Source: an uncultured Bacilli bacterium (GTDB lineage: Bacteria > Bacillota_I > Bacilli_A > RFN20 > CAG-449). From it: DNA of 64,000 bases. Positions 9,336 to 19,455 of the stretch are shown here, one piece after another (the first letter of the stretch is position 1; each line of letters begins with the position of its first letter). Both the position numbers and the translations under genes were made by a program. Location: the NCBI GenBank assembly GCA_947595215.1, contig CANQEO010000001.1:12823-76822 (forward strand). The letters run 5' to 3'. Under the pieces are notes generated by a model, which had not been told where the DNA came from, ran no database searches, and worked only from the letters and a program-made list of their open reading frames with translations.

Positions 9336-11738
9336 TTAAGCAACTAAAGTGAAGACAGTTTCCCTACCAGCAACTATACTTGGAAAATTAGTAGTCATAG
9401 TCAATGTTGTAAAATCAGCATTGAATTGGAAACTTACGTTGTAAATTCCAACTTTGAAAGTGACAGTTCTTGCTCCTGATTCATAATTGTAAGAAATATC
9501 TTCAAGATTGTAATCAGATGATTTTAAGCTTGCATTATCAGAGACTTGTGTAAGAGAAAGTTTTCCATCTTCCGAGAATGAAATCGTATCATTGAATGTC
9601 ACATTGCGAACCATAGCACTTCCAGCGTCATTCCATTCTTCATCTAACAAACAAGAACCTTCAAAACTTAAACCATAGAAAGGAAGAGGATCATCTTCAC
9701 CAAGGACCTCTTCAATGCTAACGACAGTATAAGATCCGTTAGTCATATCTAAACTTAAAACATAATTAAATCCATCTAAAGTAAAGGTAACAGTTTGTTC
9801 AGCCTTATCAAAAACATATTCGATATTTTCAACACCGCCAAGAGAAGCTTTTCCAAAACCATCTAATACTAATGTTTCTTCTTCTCCTTCGTACGTTCCT
9901 TCTTCGATTCCAATTCCAACTCCTTTAAGTCTTACATCATCTTTCTTAACGAAGAACTTAGCGTCTGCATCAGTTAAACTTTCTCCTTCGACATATTCAA
10001 TTTCGACGTCGACATAATATTTAAAGTCTAAATCAGCTTTATTATCTCCTAAGACAGTTCCAATTAGAGTTTTTTCTTGATCATCAGTAATTTCATAGAC
10101 TTCAGTTACAAACCATTCGTCAGAACTATTAGTATAAGTTTTAAACTCCGGATTATTTTCAGTTTTTGCAAGAATATAAGCATCGTTTGCTTTATTGATA
10201 TAACTGGTACCATATTCCATAACACCAACTTTTTTGTTTGCAGTCAATTGCAATGTTCTTTTATCACTCAAAGCAAAAGTATTACCTTCAATAGAATCAA
10301 TGCTAATTCCTTTTAAATAACTAGTAGAACTAATGAAATCACCGGCAGAATCAATTTCAACGGATTGCATATTTCCATATGAATGATAATTGTAAAATTC
10401 TTGAGCTTTCCAAACACCGACAAAGGGCTCACCATTATAAAGATTGAAATCTTTTTCTTTTAACACAACATTCAAAGTATTATCAACCCAGTAAACACTT
10501 CCCGGAACAGTAAACTCTTTTGTATTTTCATCTATGGATTTAAACGTAGTGTAATAACTGGTTGATGTATCAGACCAATCAGTGCCACCAGTAACCAAAC
10601 TATTATTGACTACTTCTTGAGAACGGTTATTGTAAAAAGTATCGTATGTAGCATTAACACTCTTAATTGCAAAATCTTCGCTCTTACCTTCTTTTAAAGT
10701 AGCTTGAATTCTCAAAACATCACCTGTTTTTGCAGAACTAATCGGAGTTTTAGTTTCATCATCAGCCTTATAAACAAATGCAGATATTACCTCTTCATTG
10801 AAATTGACATTAACAGCAATCTCACGAGTTTCGGCAACAGCTTTGATTTCAACATTTTGACCAGGCATCATTGTAGTAAACACAAAGTAATCATTTTCCA
10901 AATCGCGAACCATTTCAACACCATTAGCGTAATAATGAGTTCCTTGATAAGAATATTGGTGTTTACCAACAAGTTGAATCATTTCACCGGCTCTTACAAA
11001 GGTAGATAATCTATCTTCCGGTTCATTTTTTGAATTCATAAAGCCGTAAATGATATCACTAGTCTTTATTGTATCATTACCTTCCATTACTAATTCATCA
11101 GCAACATCAACTGCAAAGTATGCACCTTGAGTATGAGCTACAACTTTAATGTCAGCATCCGGCATTTCAAAAGAATAACCAGTAAAGACATCGCCAGTTA
11201 ATTCAACTGCTTCTTCATCTTCGCCAGCAAGAACTTCTACTGAAACAAGTTCATTACCTGTAACAACAGACATTTTAAAATTAACAACATCGCCAACATT
11301 GGCACCAGTTGGAAGATCGACCGGGAACGCAAAATCATTATTTTCGAATAAGATAGTGTGATCTCTATAAGTTGTATCAATTAAATCAACACTAATATTA
11401 GCATCTTCCTCATCCATCAAGAAATTGAAGCGATAGACGTTATCATTATCTTCATCTTGAGTACCATTTAAGGTTTTGTCATTCATAGTGACACTGCTTA
11501 ACATAAAATCACTATTAGTTACCGCAACAGTGATAGTGACTTCTTCATCTGCAACAGCTTTAGTTTTTGACGCTGTAACATAAGCATTAGCTAAGTTAGT
11601 AGGCAAAACAACATCATAGTAAGTAGAAGTTGGTTCGCTTGATGTACTTGGTTCGCTTGATGTACCAGACGTATCAGCACCGCCACAAGCTACTAACATG
11701 AAGGCACTAAGTAATAAGAGATATTTAGTTTTCTTCAT
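9336..11738 (-). CDS. large surface lipoprotein (800 aa)
   Basis: MKKTKYLLLLSAFMLVAC has a lipobox, followed by an S/T/E/P-rich linker. The body is beta-rich and repetitive. The C-terminal module is shared with other lipoproteins in the window. Confidence 0.8.
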   Translation of the reverse strand: MKKTKYLLLLSAFMLVACGGADTSGTSSEPSTSSEPTSTYYDVVLPTNLANAYVTASKTKAVADEEVTITVAVTNSDFMLSSVTMNDKTLNGTQDEDNDNVYRFNFLMDEEDANISVDLIDTTYRDHTILFENNDFAFPVDLPTGANVGDVVNFKMSVVTGNELVSVEVLAGEDEEAVELTGDVFTGYSFEMPDADIKVVAHTQGAYFAVDVADELVMEGNDTIKTSDIIYGFMNSKNEPEDRLSTFVRAGEMIQLVGKHQYSYQGTHYYANGVEMVRDLENDYFVFTTMMPGQNVEIKAVAETREIAVNVNFNEEVISAFVYKADDETKTPISSAKTGDVLRIQATLKEGKSEDFAIKSVNATYDTFYNNRSQEVVNNSLVTGGTDWSDTSTSYYTTFKSIDENTKEFTVPGSVYWVDNTLNVVLKEKDFNLYNGEPFVGVWKAQEFYNYHSYGNMQSVEIDSAGDFISSTSYLKGISIDSIEGNTFALSDKRTLQLTANKKVGVMEYGTSYINKANDAYILAKTENNPEFKTYTNSSDEWFVTEVYEITDDQEKTLIGTVLGDNKADLDFKYYVDVEIEYVEGESLTDADAKFFVKKDDVRLKGVGIGIEEGTYEGEEETLVLDGFGKASLGGVENIEYVFDKAEQTVTFTLDGFNYVLSLDMTNGSYTVVSIEEVLGEDDPLPFYGLSFEGSCLLDEEWNDAGSAMVRNVTFNDTISFSEDGKLSLTQVSDNASLKSSDYNLEDISYNYESGARTVTFKVGIYNVSFQFNADFTTLTMTTNFPSIVAGRETVFTLVA

Positions 11739-11865
11739 ACTTTTTTTTCTCCTTTCTTTAGAAAAGTATTATTTCTAATAGGATATTCTTTAGAATTTTA
11801 AAATACAAGTTTTTTTTACAAATTTTTATTCAAAAATGTATAAAAGCGCTTTCAAAATAAAAAGA

Positions 11866-11896
11866 TTACAAAAAAAGGAGATTTTGCTATCTCCTT
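11866..11896 (-). terminator. Rho-independent terminator
   Basis: On the minus strand, AAGGAGAU-AGCAAA-AUCUCCUU forms a perfect 8-bp stem followed by UUUUUUGUAAUC. Confidence 0.75.
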
Positions 11897-11912
11897 TAAG
11901 AGTAAATATTTT

Positions 11913-12797
11913 TTAACTTATATAGTTATTTGGATCAAAACGCTGACCTTTAAAAGTATCAAATTCACCTTGAGTATATGTTTTAATCATAACTGATTCA
12001 TTCCAATTTGCTTTGATACCGCCAGTATATAACTCGTTATAGTATTCTTGTTCTACTTTAATAATGATGTTATTTTCAATAGTTAACTTGTTTCGATAAC
12101 CAATTACTTGAGCGGGAATTGAAGTAACTCTATCGTTTTCGGTTTCAAAAATGGTTAATTCATACGAATATTCCCATTCCCCATTTTCCACAATAGCATC
12201 TATATTTTCATATTTAACACCATAACCAGGAACATTGTAGCATTGCTTCATGAAATCCACATTTGCTTTTTCAGTAACAGAAAAACCAAGACTGAAATTT
12301 TCTTCTTCAAAGTTAGGATCATAATTAATTACTTGTTTTGAATCAGGGGTACTTTGATTTTCATAGTCAGTAATTTTATAGAACTTATTGGCATCATGAA
12401 ATAATTGAAGTTCGAAATTTTCTTTACTATGTGCTTCTTCATTTATATCATCAGCAAATCCGACATATCCTTTTTGCACAACAATTGTTCCAAGATCGCT
12501 TCCAACATATCTAGATGTTGTAGAAACTTCTTTCATACCGACTGATAAAGGTTCGACATCGGTAAGATAATATCTCACCGAAAGAATTGTTTGCTCTGTA
12601 GATTTAACCTTTCCTTCTAATGAAGAAATTCGAGCGTAAAACTCACTCAATTGCTCCGCAACATCAATTTCCTCATTCGTGTCACTTGACCTATTTTCTT
12701 CAGAGCTAGAACTATCGTTTGAGGTTGGATTGCCATTACCGCTGCATGAAATTAAAGAAAGAAGCAATAATCCACTCAACAGAATTCTTTTTTTCAT
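11913..12797 (-). CDS. lipoprotein (294 aa)
   Basis: MKKRILLSGLLLLSLISC has a lipobox, followed by an S/N/E-rich linker. It lies immediately downstream of the 631-aa lipoprotein gene. Confidence 0.75.
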   Translation of the reverse strand: MKKRILLSGLLLLSLISCSGNGNPTSNDSSSSEENRSSDTNEEIDVAEQLSEFYARISSLEGKVKSTEQTILSVRYYLTDVEPLSVGMKEVSTTSRYVGSDLGTIVVQKGYVGFADDINEEAHSKENFELQLFHDANKFYKITDYENQSTPDSKQVINYDPNFEEENFSLGFSVTEKANVDFMKQCYNVPGYGVKYENIDAIVENGEWEYSYELTIFETENDRVTSIPAQVIGYRNKLTIENNIIIKVEQEYYNELYTGGIKANWNESVMIKTYTQGEFDTFKGQRFDPNNYIS

Positions 12798-12808
12798 TCA
12801 GGTATCAC

Positions 12809-14704
12809 CTATTCAGCTTTAAAGACATCGGTACCATAGTAAACGGGGTCATAACAACTGATGCTATTTCCATTATCTAAAATAGTTCCTGTTTCATATT
12901 GATGAGGAGCACCTTCAGTCCAGTTGCTAAAACTTATGACATTTTCTTCTATGGTATAATCAAATTCATCTACATATGTTTTTCCAGTGTCAAATACATA
13001 TTGGACTCTGGTTCCATGACCACTGCCATCAAATGTCATTGTGAAAGTATATTGTTGTTGACCTGCCCAACTATATAAAAATCCATATGTCTTCGATGAA
13101 ATTATCGAATTGAAATCTTGATCTCCATTCATAACTTTAAGTGTTTTTTTGGCACTTAGGCTTGGATTAGCAACTGAAGTAATGGTAATAGTTGCTTCAC
13201 CGACTTCCTTAGCTAAGATTACTAAATCATTATCTTCATTAACACTTACTTCTAAAATCGATGTATCACTACTTGAAGCAGTAATGCGTTGATCAGCTTT
13301 TGATGGACTGACATAAGTTCCCCAAATATAAGTTTTATCTTTAAGTAAAGTATTATCTTCAACATCATAATTGTAAGAAAAAGAAATTCCCGTTGCTTCT
13401 GGTGTGACTATGGTGACTTCTTTTTCAATGATTGTTTTACGATAAACTCCATCATCCCCTTTTTCGTAATATAAGAATGATAAAGTTGCAATGCCAGTAC
13501 TTTTCACATAGAAGTATCCATTATCAAATTCAATTACATCTTCATTAGAAGAGCCATAACTGATTAAATCGAGATTGGTTGCTAAACTCGGCGAATAAGC
13601 CTTTGCTTTTCCCCACAAATAAGAAGCATTCGCCGGAATACTATCGGCATCGATAGTTACACGATTTCCATCCATTGAAGCGATAATCTCAACATCTTCT
13701 GCCTTTGCTAAGAAATAATCGTTAGCATTAGTAATTCCCTCTCTTACTGCTTCTCTTTCATCGAATGTAACACTTGATTCAATAGTATAACCTGTTAAAT
13801 AATGATCATCTGGATCAGAGGAAGCAACATCATCCATTGTATAGGTATAATTAGCCTTTAATAATTGGCTTAAATCGGATGAGAACTTTAATTCCACGTT
13901 AATTACACTATAAATTGTATCGCCATCATCCCAGTCACCATTATAGCTATAGTTGGCATTGAAACTTAAAGTGAAGCTTTCTTCAGTTTTAATATAACTA
14001 AATGTTTGTTTGCCAAGTTGGGAAACATAGATACTTTCAGCAATGTTACTTGCAGTAAAAATCAAAGCATCATAAGCAACTTTTGCAGAAGATTGAACCG
14101 GATATTGGCTTGCGAGAATATAAGAGGAACTAGACAAACCACCATTGATAGCATCTTCTTCAGAGTTAACAATATAAACTTTAGAAGCACTATCTCGATA
14201 ACTGTTATTATCGATGACATCATCAGTATAATCAGTTATTTGAGCAAACATTGGATAACTATAAACTTCTCCATTATCTTCGATTTTATCTGTGACAACC
14301 ATCGAACGACGAACAAAGGTATCTGATTCATCATCCTTACCTTCTTCTCTACGAGAAATAATACCTTGTGAAAATGAAGAATAATCATCAAACATTTCAT
14401 ATGTCTCTTCACTAATATAGGAAATATCACCCATGAATTGTGTTTTTTTAACATTAGCGCTAGATGAGTATAAAGCTTCTTGAGCAGCCGCTCTTTCTAA
14501 AATATCTAATGTTTCATCAAAGGTTAATAAACCATTATCCGAAAGATCTAAAGAACTAGATGATTCATTAGAGTCTGTAACACTGATAGTTCCGTCATCG
14601 CTGATGGTAATATCAGAACTGCCACTCTCAGAAGGATTATTTTTACCACATCCAACTAGCGACATTAATATTACTGTAGATAGTAATAAGATTTTTCTTT
14701 TCAT
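12809..14704 (-). CDS. lipoprotein with Ig-like (Big_2-type) domains (631 aa)
   Basis: I place the start at the ATG at 14704 (MKRKILLLSTVILMSLVGC), with AAAGGAG 8-9 nt upstream. Big_2-like segments are present, e.g. ITASSSDTSILEVSVNEDNDLVILAKEVGEATITITSV. It ends in the shared C-terminal beta module. Confidence 0.8.
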   Translation of the reverse strand: MKRKILLLSTVILMSLVGCGKNNPSESGSSDITISDDGTISVTDSNESSSSLDLSDNGLLTFDETLDILERAAAQEALYSSSANVKKTQFMGDISYISEETYEMFDDYSSFSQGIISRREEGKDDESDTFVRRSMVVTDKIEDNGEVYSYPMFAQITDYTDDVIDNNSYRDSASKVYIVNSEEDAINGGLSSSSYILASQYPVQSSAKVAYDALIFTASNIAESIYVSQLGKQTFSYIKTEESFTLSFNANYSYNGDWDDGDTIYSVINVELKFSSDLSQLLKANYTYTMDDVASSDPDDHYLTGYTIESSVTFDEREAVREGITNANDYFLAKAEDVEIIASMDGNRVTIDADSIPANASYLWGKAKAYSPSLATNLDLISYGSSNEDVIEFDNGYFYVKSTGIATLSFLYYEKGDDGVYRKTIIEKEVTIVTPEATGISFSYNYDVEDNTLLKDKTYIWGTYVSPSKADQRITASSSDTSILEVSVNEDNDLVILAKEVGEATITITSVANPSLSAKKTLKVMNGDQDFNSIISSKTYGFLYSWAGQQQYTFTMTFDGSGHGTRVQYVFDTGKTYVDEFDYTIEENVISFSNWTEGAPHQYETGTILDNGNSISCYDPVYYGTDVFKAE

Positions 14705-14785
14705 ATTTTTTTCTCCTTTCATGCTAGAAATTAATGTTATTTTTATACTTTATTATTCATTTAGTCAACAAATCTATGACAATTC

Positions 14786-15574
14786 TTAAAATAAAACATC
14801 GTAATTGTAAATAAATACCGTTAAATTTCCCTCTCCAAAATATTGTATACGTAAACTATATTTTTTTTCAGCATCATGTCCGACGTAGAAACCAAAACCA
14901 TCTTTTTGTTGAGAGAAGTTATATCCTTCTTCTTCAAGCATGTTTATATATTCTTGTGATGAATTATCAGGAGCGTCAAATATATCGATCATAGCATATT
15001 TTTCATCATATATTTGAGAAATACTATTCAATAAGCTGTATTCAGAACTAGGATAACTTGGAATATTTCCTTCTAATTCAAGCCATTCATTAATCTTTTC
15101 CATCGGCCAATCGGGACCAACATAATCATACTTGAATCCAATTTCTATAGGTTCCTTACCAGCGACACCAATATCGCTAGTTCCATTTATATCAATAAGC
15201 CCCCAATTAATTACTCCTTCATCAAAAGATGCAATAAAAGTAGTATTCTTGCTTTCACTTATAAATTGACAAGCTCCTTCATATTCTTCATATAATCCTA
15301 CAAAATCAAAATTAATATCTTGAATTTTAAGTGTGTAATCATCAAATATTTCAAATTCAGTATTAATAGGTAAAACATCCATATTGTTAGAATTGACATA
15401 CCATTTGCCAATAAGGTTTTCATCGAAAGAAGAATAATCAACAATATCAGTACTAGAATATGAGACATCACTATCTGAATTTGGCTGTGAAGAAACGACA
15501 TCGCTTGTATCATTATTAATTTCACAACTACATAATCCAAGAGTTAATAAGATAAGCAATACAATCTTTTTCAT
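14786..15574 (-). CDS. lipoprotein (262 aa)
   Basis: MKKIVLLILLTLGLCSC has a lipobox. The second ATG (15574) has better RBS spacing (AAAGGAG + 7 nt) than the ATG given by the ORF track. Confidence 0.7.
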   Translation of the reverse strand: MKKIVLLILLTLGLCSCEINNDTSDVVSSQPNSDSDVSYSSTDIVDYSSFDENLIGKWYVNSNNMDVLPINTEFEIFDDYTLKIQDINFDFVGLYEEYEGACQFISESKNTTFIASFDEGVINWGLIDINGTSDIGVAGKEPIEIGFKYDYVGPDWPMEKINEWLELEGNIPSYPSSEYSLLNSISQIYDEKYAMIDIFDAPDNSSQEYINMLEEEGYNFSQQKDGFGFYVGHDAEKKYSLRIQYFGEGNLTVFIYNYDVLF

Positions 15575-15649
15575 AGACATACTCCTTTGCTATTTATTAA
15601 CAAATAATATTTATATTAATATCAAATTGCAACTTTTTTAGTAATCCAA

Positions 15650-15682
15650 ATTAAAAACCCCTCAGAATTTATCTTTGGGGTT
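15650..15682 (-). terminator. Rho-independent terminator after the yebC-family gene
   Basis: On the minus strand, AACCCC...GGGGUU forms a stem followed by UUUAAUUU. Confidence 0.6.
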
Positions 15683-15694
15683 AAGTATTTAAAT

Positions 15695-16408
15695 TTATAA
15701 TTTCGCGTTGTGATAAACTTCTTGGACATCTTCTAACTCATCGAGCATCGCAAGCATTTCTTCGAATTTTTGCTTATCTTCACCTTCGATAGTTACTAGT
15801 TCTAATGGTAACATCGTGATTTCACAAGTAGAGAATTCTTTAATTCCTAAATCCATCAAGCATTTTTTCGCTTGCATTAAAGAAGTTTTTTCAACTGTGA
15901 CTACGATAAGATCCTCATCTTTCTTAACTTCGTCAATTTCGATATCACCCAGAATTAAGGCTTCTTCAACTTCATCAAGATTATCGCCGACAAATTCAAT
16001 TAATCCAACTTCTTTAAAGTTAAATGAAACTGAGCCTTGAGATCCTAGATGGCCACCCTTTTTGTTAAACACATTTCTGATAGCATCGAACGCTCTTCTA
16101 ACATTTGAAGTTAAAGAATCAACGATAACTGAAACATTGCCAGCGCCATATCCTTCATAACGACCGCTGATGTAATTTTCTTCTTCACCACCAGCCGCCT
16201 TTTTAATAGCTCTCTCAATGACGTCTTTAGTAACGTTTTGACCTTTATATTTTTCGATGACACTGCGTAACGCTAAGTTACTATTTGGATCCGGTACTCC
16301 TGATTTAGCCGCTAAATAAATTTCTTTTGACGCTCTCATAAATAGTGCTGAACGTGCCGCGGCAGTTTGAGCCATTGACTTTGCTCTAACTTCATGTGCT
16401 CTACCCAT
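15695..16408 (-). CDS. YebC/PmpR-family (TACO1) DNA-binding regulator
   Basis: 237 aa. MGRAHEVRAKSMAQTAAARS...AAKSGVPDPNSNLALRSVIEKYKGQNVTKDVIERAIKKA is the conserved YebC/YeeN N-terminal pattern. Confidence 0.9.
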   Translation of the reverse strand: MGRAHEVRAKSMAQTAAARSALFMRASKEIYLAAKSGVPDPNSNLALRSVIEKYKGQNVTKDVIERAIKKAAGGEEENYISGRYEGYGAGNVSVIVDSLTSNVRRAFDAIRNVFNKKGGHLGSQGSVSFNFKEVGLIEFVGDNLDEVEEALILGDIEIDEVKKDEDLIVVTVEKTSLMQAKKCLMDLGIKEFSTCEITMLPLELVTIEGEDKQKFEEMLAMLDELEDVQEVYHNAKL

Positions 16409-16471
16409 ATTAATAACACCTCGTTTTCGTACTTTAGTATACTATAGAATTCTTTAATTTACAAAGATATC

Positions 16472-17920
16472 TTACATCAGTGAAGCAAAAATTCTAAATA
16501 TTCGTTCCTCTAATCTTTCAAATAATGTTCGTTTGTTAAAATCTTCTATTTTAAATTCCTTTGAATTTAAAATATCCTTTTTAAATATTTCAATTTGCTT
16601 TAAGACAAATTCTTGATCGTAAATAATCGCATTAACTTCAAAGTTTAAACTGAAGGAACGAATATCCATATTTGCGGTTCCTATAGAAGCAACTTTATCA
16701 TCCATTATTAAGGTTTTAGAATGAATAAAGCCGTTATATTTATATACTTTTACACCGGCATCTATCATATCTTTTAAATATGAACATGTTACTCGATAAG
16801 GAATAACTTTATCGTAGACACCTGGCACCATCAGATAAACTTGAACTCCAGTTAACTGAGCAAGAAGGATAGTATTCAAAAATGCTTCATCGGGAATAAA
16901 GTATGGTGTTTGAATATATATTTCTTTTTTTGCACTAGTCATCATCTGTTGATAGCAATACTTAATTGATTCATCGGCGCTATCTGGTCCCGATGAAATA
17001 ATTTGCATAGGGCATTCATTTCTAATACGTTTTATTTGAAAATATTCTTCTTTATTTTGATATTCTTGTGCTTCAGTTTTCTTTCTTGTTGTACAATAAT
17101 AAAAATCTTGAAGAAATCTTTTTTGTAGAAATAGGACCGATTCACCAACAATACGAATATGAGTATCTCGCCATGGTTTGATGCGGCGATGCTTAGAGCG
17201 ATATTCGTCACCAATGTTCATACCACCAACATAGCCAATCGCTCCGTCGATAACATATATCTTACGATGATTACGATAATTGAAGTTAAGGTTAAAGCCT
17301 CTAATTCTACTAGGGAAAAAACGATATATTTCTGCACCGGCTTCTTTTAGTTTTTTAAAAAAGAAGTTTGGTGTTTTTAGATTACCGCTATCATCGTAAC
17401 ATAGTTTAACTTTAACACCCTCTTGAGCTTTTGTTATAAGCATATCTCTTATTTTCTTTCCTATTTTATCCGCTCGATAAATGTAAGATTCGATATGAAT
17501 GGTTGATTTCGCCTGTTTTAAATCTTCCAATAAAGTATCATACATACTTTGCCCATCAGTGAAAACGTCAATTTTATTATGTAATGTACAATGATTTTCA
17601 CCAAATGATGAATTTAAATTAATAATACGTTTAACATCATAATCATCACTGATTGCACCCGAATCAAAATCAATTTTACTCAATCGATCTTCTATCATTT
17701 TATCAGTAAGCTTCTTTTTAATACTCCACTTCTTTTTTGAAAATCTTGGACCTTTTCCCCACATGATATAGAAGAACCATGCCACATAAGGAAAAGCAAT
17801 TGTACCTAAAATCCATAAAACGATTGATCGTTGGTTTTTACGTTCAAGAAAAATTACGGAAATAATAGTGATGACATCTAAAACTATAGCTATTATCAAT
17901 AAAACTTGAAGAGGATGCAT
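16472..17920 (-). CDS. cls: cardiolipin synthase
   Basis: 482 aa. Two N-terminal TM helices and two HKD motifs (HRKIYVIDG...GGMNIGDEY and HSKTLIMDD...GTANMDIRS). Confidence 0.93.
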   Translation of the reverse strand: MHPLQVLLIIAIVLDVITIISVIFLERKNQRSIVLWILGTIAFPYVAWFFYIMWGKGPRFSKKKWSIKKKLTDKMIEDRLSKIDFDSGAISDDYDVKRIINLNSSFGENHCTLHNKIDVFTDGQSMYDTLLEDLKQAKSTIHIESYIYRADKIGKKIRDMLITKAQEGVKVKLCYDDSGNLKTPNFFFKKLKEAGAEIYRFFPSRIRGFNLNFNYRNHRKIYVIDGAIGYVGGMNIGDEYRSKHRRIKPWRDTHIRIVGESVLFLQKRFLQDFYYCTTRKKTEAQEYQNKEEYFQIKRIRNECPMQIISSGPDSADESIKYCYQQMMTSAKKEIYIQTPYFIPDEAFLNTILLAQLTGVQVYLMVPGVYDKVIPYRVTCSYLKDMIDAGVKVYKYNGFIHSKTLIMDDKVASIGTANMDIRSFSLNFEVNAIIYDQEFVLKQIEIFKKDILNSKEFKIEDFNKRTLFERLEERIFRIFASLM

Positions 17921-17921
17921 C

Positions 17922-18710
17922 TTAAATCTCCATTTCGTCTAGAACGTCAAGGCCCCATTCCTTAACAAGGCGATATCCGTAATCATTTTTGTCGGTTGAA
18001 ATATCTTTAGGTGCATGGGCGTCTAAACCTAATATAATTTTAACCTTATATTTTTTAGCAATTTCCCAAAATCTCTTATAAGGATAAGCAAAGCGATATT
18101 CATCTCCGATTTGTCTTTTACCACGTCTAATGGCTCCGAAATTAAATTCGAGAGGCATATTCATTTTACGAGCGACCTTACAAATATCTTTCGCAACCTT
18201 TTCACATGTGCGATCCCATTTTAAATAACTTCCCATATAATAATCAGGATGTGCGACATATTTGAATAATCCACTTTTCATCCCATTAACACAATATTTT
18301 CCGTAATCTAAAATATCTTGTTTTGTAGTTATTTGCGAAAAGAAAAATTTTACTTCTTTTTTATCATTTAGATAACAATGGTTGCCTAAAATTAAATATT
18401 CTACTTTTTTAGAATCTAAAAGCATCTTATAATGATCAAAATACTGTTCAAAAGCTTCAGCTTCATATCCGATTCGAATCTTAATACGATTTTTATATTT
18501 CTCTTTAAGTGCGTTTATAGAGCGAAGATATCCTTCTTCTAATTCATAGTCTCCACGTATGTTTTTTTGTGAAAAGTTAGGAAGCATAATATGATCCGTA
18601 AATCCTAATTCAAGTATTCCTTGAGCAATCGCTTCAACTACATATTCTTCATCATTACCTTCGGCATGGCCGCAACGATATGTATGAGTATGATAATTAT
18701 GTCTTAACAT
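17922..18710 (-). CDS. PHP-domain histidinol-phosphatase-family hydrolase (HisJ-like)
   Basis: MLRHNYHTHTYRCGHAEG is a PHP metal-binding motif. The start is set at the ATG at 18710 (AAGGA RBS, downstream of the truA stop). The ORF-track start would overlap truA by 74 nt. Confidence 0.8.
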   Translation of the reverse strand: MLRHNYHTHTYRCGHAEGNDEEYVVEAIAQGILELGFTDHIMLPNFSQKNIRGDYELEEGYLRSINALKEKYKNRIKIRIGYEAEAFEQYFDHYKMLLDSKKVEYLILGNHCYLNDKKEVKFFFSQITTKQDILDYGKYCVNGMKSGLFKYVAHPDYYMGSYLKWDRTCEKVAKDICKVARKMNMPLEFNFGAIRRGKRQIGDEYRFAYPYKRFWEIAKKYKVKIILGLDAHAPKDISTDKNDYGYRLVKEWGLDVLDEMEI

Positions 18711-18726
18711 ATCATCAAGTTCCTTT

Positions 18727-19455
18727 CTAATAAATAACATCGTAGAGATATAATCCTTCAGCTGGTGCTTTATAAGATATTCTATCATTAATACATTCAT
18801 TTAAATAGTATGGTATTTTATTAATAGACAATCGATTTAATCCTATTTCGACCAAAGTACCTACTATCATTCTAACCATGTACCGTCGAAAACCATTACC
18901 ACTAAAATCAAGATAAACCCAATTTTCTCTTTTTTCAATCGAGATTTCATAAATTTTGCGAACAAAGTCATCATCATTGCTGCAAAAGTTATGAAAACTA
19001 TGTTTTCCAACAAAATATTTAGCGGCTTCTTTCATTTTTTCAATATCGAGCTCTTTTCTTAATTGCCAAGCAAACTTTCTAAAAAATGGCGAATATTCAC
19101 CTAAATAAATTTGATAGCGATATTTTTTTTCCTTAACAGAAAAACGAGCGTGAAATGAATCTTCCACATTCTCAATAGTTTTAACATGGATATCTTCTGG
19201 CAATAGACAATTAACGCTATGTGTTAATCTTCCTAAATCCATCTTCAATTGTTGAACATCAAAATGAGCAACTTGCTTTAAAGCGTGAACACCTCGATCA
19301 GTTCGTCCAGACGCCACCAACTTTATTTCAGTATTTAGAATTTTTGATAAGATTTTTTCTAATTCTAATTGGACACTTCTCTCGTCTTCTTTAGTTTGAA
19401 CTTGGTAACCATAGAATTCACTACCATCATAACAAAAAATAATCTTCAATCTCAT
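18727..19455 (-). CDS. truA: tRNA pseudouridine(38-40) synthase
   Basis: 242 aa. MRLKIIFCYDGSEFYGYQVQ...ASGRTDRGVHA contains the catalytic Asp motif. It follows ecfT, as in Bacillus. Confidence 0.95.
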   Translation of the reverse strand: MRLKIIFCYDGSEFYGYQVQTKEDERSVQLELEKILSKILNTEIKLVASGRTDRGVHALKQVAHFDVQQLKMDLGRLTHSVNCLLPEDIHVKTIENVEDSFHARFSVKEKKYRYQIYLGEYSPFFRKFAWQLRKELDIEKMKEAAKYFVGKHSFHNFCSNDDDFVRKIYEISIEKRENWVYLDFSGNGFRRYMVRMIVGTLVEIGLNRLSINKIPYYLNECINDRISYKAPAEGLYLYDVIY

